A stretch of DNA of 64,000 bases. It comes from Giardia intestinalis. Lineage: Eukaryota. The stretch lies in NCBI GenBank assembly GCA_000002435.2, contig CM018793.1; one strand, given 5' to 3'. Shown piece by piece: positions 9,523 to 17,200 of the stretch. Each line of letters opens with the position of its first letter. Position 1 is the stretch's first letter. The position numbers and the translations under genes were made by a program. Under the pieces are notes generated by a model. That model was not told the origin of the DNA. It made no database searches and worked only from the letters and a program-made list of their open reading frames with translations.

Positions 9523-10533
9523 ATGGGCGTTCTGGATGGAGCTCTTTTCTCGTTGATAGATCTCGTCACCACTAAGCAGACAACAATCTTTCTGCTGTCT
9601 TGTACCTTTACCCTGCTCGTTCTAAGCAGATATTCTTCCAAAAGGAACCTTAGACAAGCCATAGAAACTGTTCGCGCCGTCCGCACCATCCTGCCCCTGG
9701 ACGTTCAGTATCCGTCTGTTAAAGGGTTTAATATGCGGACTTATCGCTGGGCTGCGGTTTCATCGGCCGATGACGCCCCTGTACAATCTCTGTCTCTGCT
9801 CATTGTCACAAGCAGTGCAATGAACCCATCCTGGTATATTCTCCGTTATCTCCACGTTTCAGGGCCATTTCTACTCTTTGAGGTGGCAATACTGCCTCAA
9901 GCAAAGGGACTCTACGCCATTCTGGTCGGCCATCACGAAGGCAAGACGTTTAACAACGCATATCCGTACGCTGGAACTCGTGTATCTGACGCAAAGAGTC
10001 CTAGCATGTATCACCAAGCATACGAGTCGTGCTCTGGCCTTGCTAGAGGCCTCTATGACGCCCTTGTCTCCGCAAGTTCTGACCCTATCGACATTGCCAA
10101 GTCGGTTATCACATGTGCTCTGATGGAGGACAAAGTAATCTTCCATACTCACAATTCCGGATGTATAGACACTCTGGAGGGCATTTTGAGGGCCTTAAGG
10201 TCTGTGCTTCATTATGCAACGTCGTTCAGCCCAACGGACATACAGAGAAAACAAATTGCTAAGAAAATGCTTGCTGCAGAGCGTGAGATGGCCAACATAA
10301 ATGCCCAGAAGCGTTCAGAAGAGGCAGCAGAAAACACAAAGAAGCTTCTCAAGGAGTACAACGAGCGCCTTCGGGACCCCCACATAACCGAGTCAGAACG
10401 TAAGAAGATCAACAGGAAACTTGATAGCATTGAAGCCCAGCAGAGGGCCTCTCTGAGCAAGATGCTCTTTGGATATAGCATGCCGAAAATGAAGCCCTCC
10501 AAGAAGTCTCGCACGCAAATAATATACCAGTAA
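9523..10533 (+). CDS. hypothetical membrane-anchored protein (N-terminal TM segment, C-terminal charged coiled-coil region)
   Basis: Track start 9451 is GTG. The first ATG in frame is 9523 (MGVLDGALFSLIDLVTTKQTTIFLLSCTFTLLVLS...), preceded by 'gaggaaaaagaaaa'. There is a hydrophobic stretch at residues ~20-35 and a C-terminal K/E-rich segment. No nucleotide-binding motifs found. Confidence 0.5.
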   Translation: MGVLDGALFSLIDLVTTKQTTIFLLSCTFTLLVLSRYSSKRNLRQAIETVRAVRTILPLDVQYPSVKGFNMRTYRWAAVSSADDAPVQSLSLLIVTSSAMNPSWYILRYLHVSGPFLLFEVAILPQAKGLYAILVGHHEGKTFNNAYPYAGTRVSDAKSPSMYHQAYESCSGLARGLYDALVSASSDPIDIAKSVITCALMEDKVIFHTHNSGCIDTLEGILRALRSVLHYATSFSPTDIQRKQIAKKMLAAEREMANINAQKRSEEAAENTKKLLKEYNERLRDPHITESERKKINRKLDSIEAQQRASLSKMLFGYSMPKMKPSKKSRTQIIYQ

Positions 10534-10808
10534 CGTTTGCAGCTGCACTAGGCACAGTGGTTGTTTTGCAAGGTCTTGGATCAACTGGTGGGAACTGGCG
10601 ATAACCCCCTATTTACTGAGTTCTTGCGACAGGAACTGACTATGCAAGCTTGTGGTGCCTCACTATCCCTGAACACGCACAGGCACAGGTACAGCCAAAC
10701 GCTTTTATATAGACTTCGGGTGTGAACAAGAAATGCACACTCCATATACACGAGATGGCATCGACTGTAACTAGCAAGCGATGTACTACAGTGCATACAT
10801 ACTTGCGG

Positions 10809-11504
10809 CTAAGCCGTAGAGAATATGTTGGAGTGCATAGATGGAGCAAATATCAAGAACAGGCGCCGGAACCACACGTCTTGCGACGCGTACGTCATTA
10901 GAAACAGGGATCTCAGCTGGCAGGGGGCTCTTGAGGTTATTCTCACCTGATCCATCCTAACCTTGTAGAGCCACGGCATAAGCCACGCAAGCCGAGGAGG
11001 TGTTTGCAGGAAGTAGCACTTTGCACGAATCCGGCCTGCCAGCACCGCCTTCCCTATCTGGCAATGGTTTATGTGGCCTGTGACACCTTCGCTGTCAAAG
11101 GTGTAAACGGTAATGGCATCACCCATTGCCATGTCCATTCCGTACAAGATTATTTGTAGAAGTCGTTCGCTCCACGGTGTATAGGGATCATCGAGAAGAG
11201 GCGTCCGAAGATAGTGAGTCCTGATGGCTGAGAACCTTCTTGATAAGGATGCGAGCTCGGAGGTACGGAGAGCCCCCTGCCTTGGGTCTTGTCTGCTTCC
11301 TCCTTGGAGCTCTGCAGATTCTCTCCAGCCGCCAGATGTCAAGCAGAGAATGAGCGTGGGAACCTCATGCTCCTCCATGTGCTGCAGTAGAGGCCCGAAG
11401 AAGAGCAGCTCATCATCGGGGTGCGCTGTCAGGACAATCACCCGAGTTCCGGAGTACTGCTCTAGCTGAGACACAACACTGAACAGTAAGTTAGTAAATG
11501 TCAC
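10809..11504 (-). CDS. N-acetylglucosaminyl-phosphatidylinositol de-N-acetylase (PIG-L / LmbE family), GPI-anchor biosynthesis
   Basis: 'RVIVLTAHPDDELLFFGP' (HPDDE metal-binding motif) and 'GVTGHINH' (HxxH motif) are diagnostic of the PIG-L/LmbE family. The 5' end is unresolved: the codon at 11504 is GTG and there is no in-frame ATG upstream of the HPDDE motif before a stop (see findings). Confidence 0.75.
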   Translation of the reverse strand: MTFTNLLFSVVSQLEQYSGTRVIVLTAHPDDELLFFGPLLQHMEEHEVPTLILCLTSGGWRESAELQGGSRQDPRQGALRTSELASLSRRFSAIRTHYLRTPLLDDPYTPWSERLLQIILYGMDMAMGDAITVYTFDSEGVTGHINHCQIGKAVLAGRIRAKCYFLQTPPRLAWLMPWLYKVRMDQVRITSRAPCQLRSLFLMTYASQDVWFRRLFLIFAPSMHSNIFSTA

Positions 11505-11560
11505 GATCTTTTGTTTAAGACGCTTTACTCGACCACGTAATAGACGTCTACATTCAGAAA

Positions 11561-11875
11561 ATGTTCTGGCTGCTTATTTTTGCAGTGGCCGTGCTTGCAT
11601 ACAGACCGTCAGATAGGAAAAGGGACACGTATTCAGCTGTTCTACGCAGCCCCAAGCCATGCGGCTTGAAAGACTACGAGGGGCTTCTAACCTTCATGAA
11701 GTCTCCCGAGCGCGACCTGTACGATCTTACTATCGAGTACGGCTATACCACGCCTGTGCTGCTATTCTTAGACGTCAATGAACAGGAACTAGGCCGTGTT
11801 TACATCGACAAGAGCCACACGCCTGTGGCAATTCAGGCGTTGCTGGATGAAGCTGATATCCCGGTTCGCAGGTAA
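11561..11875 (+). CDS. hypothetical small secreted protein (N-terminal signal-peptide-like segment)
   Basis: 104 aa, true ATG at 11561. 'MFWLLIFAVAVLAYRP' is signal-peptide-like. It fills the gap between PIG-L and the zinc-finger gene. No recognised domain. Confidence 0.4.
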   Translation: MFWLLIFAVAVLAYRPSDRKRDTYSAVLRSPKPCGLKDYEGLLTFMKSPERDLYDLTIEYGYTTPVLLFLDVNEQELGRVYIDKSHTPVAIQALLDEADIPVRR

Positions 11876-11881
11876 AGATGG

Positions 11882-12262
11882 TCAAGGGGGCTCCAAGTGA
11901 ACACAGATTTCTGTTCCAGCAGTTTCATAAACCCCGTTGCCGTAGTAGATTCCGTAGTCTTCTGCACGTTGGCCAACAAAGGGCACGGGTGTTAGGAGTT
12001 CCTTACCCGATTTCCCTGCCCTTATAGGCCATGGATTGGCCCACAGATGCCCGTATTTTTCCCGCAACTTCTGCACGTGCTCGTCGCTTTTGTAGTGACC
12101 CTGTTGCGCCTTCTTGGATCCAAAGGATACTCCACAAACAGTGCACGAGACCAATGGAATAACCTGGGAAACATGCATCTCTGCCATCTCCGGATGTAAA
12201 GGCGTCACTGATTTCGTCACTAGCAGTGACGACGCGGACGATGAGGCGCTAGGCTCTATCAT
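11882..12262 (-). CDS. U1-type C2H2 zinc-finger protein, ZNF593/Bud20-like (pre-60S export factor family)
   Basis: 'CTVCGVSFGSKKAQQGHYKSDEHVQKLREK' matches the ZNF593/Bud20 finger '[30 protein letters not shown]' (C-x2-C-x3-F...H-[YF]-[KR]-S-x2-H). ATG at 12262 (complement) is confirmed, but internal Met codons at 12187 and 12178 are alternative starts. The 12188-12262 stretch overlaps the opposite-strand ankyrin reading frame. Confidence 0.6.
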   Translation of the reverse strand: MIEPSASSSASSLLVTKSVTPLHPEMAEMHVSQVIPLVSCTVCGVSFGSKKAQQGHYKSDEHVQKLREKYGHLWANPWPIRAGKSGKELLTPVPFVGQRAEDYGIYYGNGVYETAGTEICVHLEPP

Positions 12263-12383
12263 TAAAAAGTGTAGGCAAGTGGACGACTTTTTTCGCGCTA
12301 TTCGTGCCGGAGACTATGAAACAGTCTCCAGGCTTGTACTACAGTATGGAGCTTGCACCGATGCTAACGGACACACTCCCTTG

Positions 12384-14240
12384 ATGTGTGCTATGGCTTC
12401 AAAGCAGGAGGACCTTCTTCCTGTGCTGATTCCGTCGTCATCGGGCATGGCAACCGAGAATGGGGAATACGCCATCACACTGGCTGCTGAACTGGAGTTT
12501 CTTCCTGGAGTTCTCGCTGTACTCCCGTACGAGCATCACTATCGCAACCGAGACGGAGATTCGGCCCTTCACATACTTGCTCGAAAAGGGATTGTCGACA
12601 TCATTCCTCAGTGTGCACAGTACTTGGAGCGAGCAAGGGATGCTACTGGACGTATTCCTATCGACGTTGCAGCAGAGCATAACAGTGTTGCATTTCTCAA
12701 GGCCTCGATAGAGAATAAGCTGGGCTTGACGGCGGACGATGTTTTGCGCACGTTCTGTGCGGCACGACATGCAGGTAGACAAGAGGCCATGGATTGTCTT
12801 CGTGAATACATTTTCGTGGAGCCTGTTGAATGCCTCTGCTATCGTTGTAGCAACGTTCTGGACTTTCCTTCTAATAGTTCCAGCAGGCTAGGGACACCAA
12901 TAGTATCGAGATACAGCTCCATATGTCGCACGCCTTTGTCGTTCAAGTCCATTCGAAGCCTGGGGTCTCTTTCTGCAGAAAGGAGGCCAAGCTTGCGCAG
13001 TCCCTGTCTTTCCCCGCGGCTATCTAATTCAGTGGAGACGACATCCATCGGCATACAGGTTTCTACCGCTTGTCAAAACTGTACTGAAAGTGCACAGATA
13101 TATGAGCAGCAGATTGCTGAGCTAAACGACAGATTGTCAGCCCTGACTGCACAACTAAACACATTTTCTCAAAGATCGCCACAGGTAAGCACGACCCTAC
13201 CTCATTGCACAGAGTCAAATTCTGGTTTTAGTGAAAGGAGACAAAAACAGAGAGACATAGTGGAAGCGGCTGCTCTATCCTTCTCGCCCCTACAAGAAGC
13301 CTCGAAGGCACAAACAAGAGAGCTAATTTCTGTGGTTACGCCAACAGTGAACAGAATCACAGATGACCCGCATCCCAGCGTCCCAAGTAGTCCCTTGCCT
13401 TCTTCCTCTCTATGTTCAAGCCAAGGGTCCAACCCAACAGTCCTCAGATTTTCGGGCTTTCGCGGGATCACCGAACTTGCTCTGTCGAAGGTGGGATCTC
13501 TCAAGAACAGCTCTCCGCATTTAGAGGACATGGGATCCCTGTATGAGGCCCCTGACATGCATACCAATATGACCGACCTTATGCGAGCAGCATGCAGCGG
13601 GAACGTAGGACTTGTGGGAAAGCTTATCGCTACCCAGTCGCGACACCAGACGGAGTCAGGCTACACGGCGCTAATGTTTGCATGCAGAATAGGAAACTTG
13701 GCAGCAGCTAAAATGCTTCTGCCCTACGAAGCAGGGATGCAGACGAAAACAGGATCAACGGCATTGATGGAGGCATGTGCAAGCGGAAGCAAGGAGCTTG
13801 CAACTCTATTGCTCATTGAGGGAGGCATCTATCGTAAGGATGGGTGGTCTGCTCTCATGAGTGCTGCTCGAGCAGGACTTCCCGACATTGTCCGCTGCCT
13901 TCTTCCAGTCGAGAGCGGTAGGGCTACTTTGGGCGGAGTAACCGCCCTTATGAAAGCCGTAGAGCAGGGACACTATTCGTGTATTTCAATGCTCATTCCA
14001 TCGGAAATTCACTTTCGAAGAAAGGATGGGCGAACGGCAATAGACATCGCCCGTGAACTGAATAATACAGGCATAATTGGCCTGTTGGAGGACTACATCA
14101 ACAACCATCCAGTCAGCCTTTCAGATCATCAGACAACAACTGAAAGGGATAGCAACCAGCTGACCAGTAGCGAGATGGAACTCCTTGCAGATATCGATGA
14201 GTATATAATCATGGGTGACGGCGCTTCCGACAAGTGTTAG
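12384..14240 (+). CDS. ankyrin-repeat protein, 'Protein 21.1'-like
   Basis: Many TALM-type repeats (GHTPLMCAMAS, ESGYTALMFACRIG, GSTALMEACASG, GWSALMSAARAG, GVTALMKAVEQG). Track start 12114 is TTG. The first in-frame ATG is 12384, yet ankyrin-like sequence (DDFFRAIRAGDYETVSRLVLQYGACTDANGHTPLM) continues upstream of it, so the true 5' end is uncertain. Confidence 0.75.
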   Translation: MCAMASKQEDLLPVLIPSSSGMATENGEYAITLAAELEFLPGVLAVLPYEHHYRNRDGDSALHILARKGIVDIIPQCAQYLERARDATGRIPIDVAAEHNSVAFLKASIENKLGLTADDVLRTFCAARHAGRQEAMDCLREYIFVEPVECLCYRCSNVLDFPSNSSSRLGTPIVSRYSSICRTPLSFKSIRSLGSLSAERRPSLRSPCLSPRLSNSVETTSIGIQVSTACQNCTESAQIYEQQIAELNDRLSALTAQLNTFSQRSPQVSTTLPHCTESNSGFSERRQKQRDIVEAAALSFSPLQEASKAQTRELISVVTPTVNRITDDPHPSVPSSPLPSSSLCSSQGSNPTVLRFSGFRGITELALSKVGSLKNSSPHLEDMGSLYEAPDMHTNMTDLMRAACSGNVGLVGKLIATQSRHQTESGYTALMFACRIGNLAAAKMLLPYEAGMQTKTGSTALMEACASGSKELATLLLIEGGIYRKDGWSALMSAARAGLPDIVRCLLPVESGRATLGGVTALMKAVEQGHYSCISMLIPSEIHFRRKDGRTAIDIARELNNTGIIGLLEDYINNHPVSLSDHQTTTERDSNQLTSSEMELLADIDEYIIMGDGASDKC

Positions 14241-17200
14241 GTAAACAAAGGCGGAGGCCCCAACTTAGGAATGTCCTTCAGGGACGTTATGATGCTGTCT
14301 AGCGTCTCATTGGAGAGTGCACACGGCACCGGGGTGATTTCTTTTTCGAGACGCTCTTCATGCTCTCCTCTCATAACGGGGGACGATTCTTTGCTGGCAT
14401 GGTGCTTTTCGATCACCTGCTTGACATCTAAGCTCAGGCTGTCCATGAGGGCTACTAACGTGTTAGTGTCAACGCCAGACATTGCAGAACCGAACTCTAT
14501 GGGACGCGTGATGTTCTCTGAGACCCTGACGTCGGAAGAGCCTTCAATGTGGCTCACATCCTTATTCAGTGTATCAAGCTTACCGAGCTCATGGCTGCTC
14601 TTGGATATCTGAATAATCACCGGGGTCTCAGACCCTTCAGATGCGGAAGAAGCGGACAAATTATCTTTATATGACGACAGTTCTGGTGTAACGCTAGTAT
14701 TCGGAGCCTGCCTTTCTGCCAGGCTGGCCGAAATGCACTCAATAAACGTTGATCGCTTTGACGACGGACTCTTTGCAGCTGGTGGGGGTGGAGGAAGGGC
14801 ATGTTTCTTGATTGTTGCGATAGATTTGGGAATGCCTCCCGGGCCTGAAATCGATGAGGCTCGGTGAGATCTTCTATCTGATAAGTGTGCTTTCGCGTCC
14901 TCAACGGTTGCTTCTTCAACTACGGCATTTGGCGTTGCACACGGAACTGGAGTTGAGCCAACCTCAGAGGTACAGGACGAAGAATCATGCGGTTCTGCAG
15001 AGATTTCTGGGTGTGGTCCACGGTTAGAAATGACATTGGTATTAATAATATCATCCAGCTTAAAGGCATCGTCCTCGTGCTGGTCTTGGATTCCAGCCTT
15101 GACGTCATGCACACTTAAAGCGTGCGGTTGTCTGGTGAAAAATTCATCCTCTGCTGTTTCGTAGGTAGATGCGTTGGATTCTGATTTTGGGACATTCAAT
15201 AGCGTAGAGATCAGCCGACTAGGAACCTGCTGGTGCGATGTAATAAGAGAGGGGCTGTGTTTTTCTGTAATCCTCCCGAACTGGCTGCTTGTCTCACCAC
15301 TAGTCTCAGAAAACCGACTTTGATTCTCGTTCTCTTCATGCAATGCTTTTAGTATCTTGCTTGAGTGTCTATAATGATCGGGATTATCAACGCCAATGTT
15401 GCCTTTAACTTTAGTGGACACATATGTGTCAGAGAACTTCCCTGCAGTGAAAACATCATCCACAAGTGAGGATCGAACAGTAACTCCCTGCTCAGTGCCT
15501 GTTACAGTGGGTACTGCGAAGCTGTAATTGCCGTACTTCCTAAGAAAAGCCCTAACTCTCGGAATATATGCGTTGATTGACAGGTTGCTTTCTGCATTTC
15601 CGAGGATAATGTTTTCGAATTTGACGTTAACTTGTAGATATCTAAGATTATTGTCCATGACGAATCCATACCTAAGTGATTCCTGCAGCATCTCAGTGAA
15701 TGCAACTGTTTGCAACGGAGACAGGTTGATTGCCTCCATGTTAATTTCGTGATCTTGCTCTGTTACCGAGCCTGGCGATGGATGCTGTACTGGCGAGGAA
15801 CAAGAATTGAAACTGGTTAGTGACGTCTCTGCAAGCACACCGGTACCTCGTCGCGGCTGCATAAGTGTAAGCATCAGTGCCACAAGGGCAACAGAGGACA
15901 TACGGGAGACTTCTGCATTTGTTTCTGAGAAGTAGTATGCAGTAAGCTTCCCTTTGTACGGAATCGCAGAAACGGCCTGCTCCCCTTCGGTGTCTTTGGT
16001 GTACACCCCAATGTATCCGTTTTGCTCCGGAAACCGCTCGTAGTCTGTATCAAATGTCGATGTCTCTGGATTGAATAGTATTTTGGAGCCAAGGAGGCCG
16101 AAGAACATGAGGCGTAGCTCGTAAAGACTCTCAAGTACTGACTCACAGATCTTTATTGCCACTTTGCGGTGAATGATGTGGAGGATGCTGTCACTGTCAT
16201 CCTTTGTATTGTCGATAAAACGAAGCGTTCTGTCGTTGTCTTCCCGCGCTTTTAGGGTGGCTTGAATAGCTAATTCTAAGGTGTTGTTCATGTATGACGG
16301 AAACAGCTCGGCAACAAATGCAGAAGAAAACGGAATTGCTCCTGTTTCCGTAAGGTCAGGGGAGTAAAGAATCTCCGGCACACGGACGTTGTAATCGCAC
16401 CTAATCACCTCCAGGATCCAAGCCGTTATGTCTAGTAGGTCGGCGAGCTGAAGCCTGAAGTTAGGAAGGGAGATGCCAAAGTCGGCCTTGAGGGTCTGTA
16501 TTTGTGAAAACTTGGAGGAGACCATGAAAACAGTTGGGTTTTTGGTATGCGCCATCTGCACTTGTTGCATAGCGGTTTTTTCGCAAGTGTTGTGTGCGTA
16601 ACGTAAGCAGTAAGCAGCATTGATGCCAAATCCCTTGTAAGAAAGGGTATCTCTTTTCCCCATAAATACCATGCCAACTCCGTCAGAAAGCTTGTCAGCC
16701 TGCAGCATATGAGAAATAAGCTTGCATTTGATCTTATTCGAATGCAATCTAGATACCTGTGCCAGAGAGGTAGAGGTCGACAGGATACTATAAGATTGTG
16801 AGGTGCACGTCTCACTTTTGGAGTTTGCATACGTGAGGTCAGAGTCCAGAGATCTGGCGATAATCAAGGCGTACCTCAATAAGTCTGTTCCTCGCTTCTG
16901 TGTTCCGGCGAGAGAAGCGTTCTGAGATGCAATCGTGACCAGGCTACTCCCATAACAATCACACAGTTGCATCATGAGAGATGCAAAGTTTATTTCTAGT
17001 GGCACCAAACCGGTTCCAATCATCGGGTCAAAATGCTGTGCAAAGGAGCCTGTTGTTTTCAGAAGGCCTGTGTCTGTGGCCTGTGTGCCGTGCACTCTCT
17101 TTAAGTTGTCTATTTCACGCAATCGTCTGACATCGTTGGCAACATTTACGAGCAGATTGTGGGGAAGGTCCACCAGCTTAGTTGTTTGATTAGTCACATA

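Noticed and set aside
11440-11560. Cis-spliced intron supplying an upstream ATG exon for PIG-L
   Set aside because: An ACTAAC branch-like motif is present, but there is no GTATGT donor and the spacing to AG is wrong for Giardia introns. The out-of-frame ATG at ~11543 is followed immediately by TAG.
12438-13567. Minus- and plus-strand ORFs of 70-120 aa inside the ankyrin gene (12438..12782 -, 12460..12711 +, 12839..13054 -, 13202..13567 -)
   Set aside because: They are nested within or antisense to a clearly coding ankyrin-repeat frame, and have no domain signal or start context.
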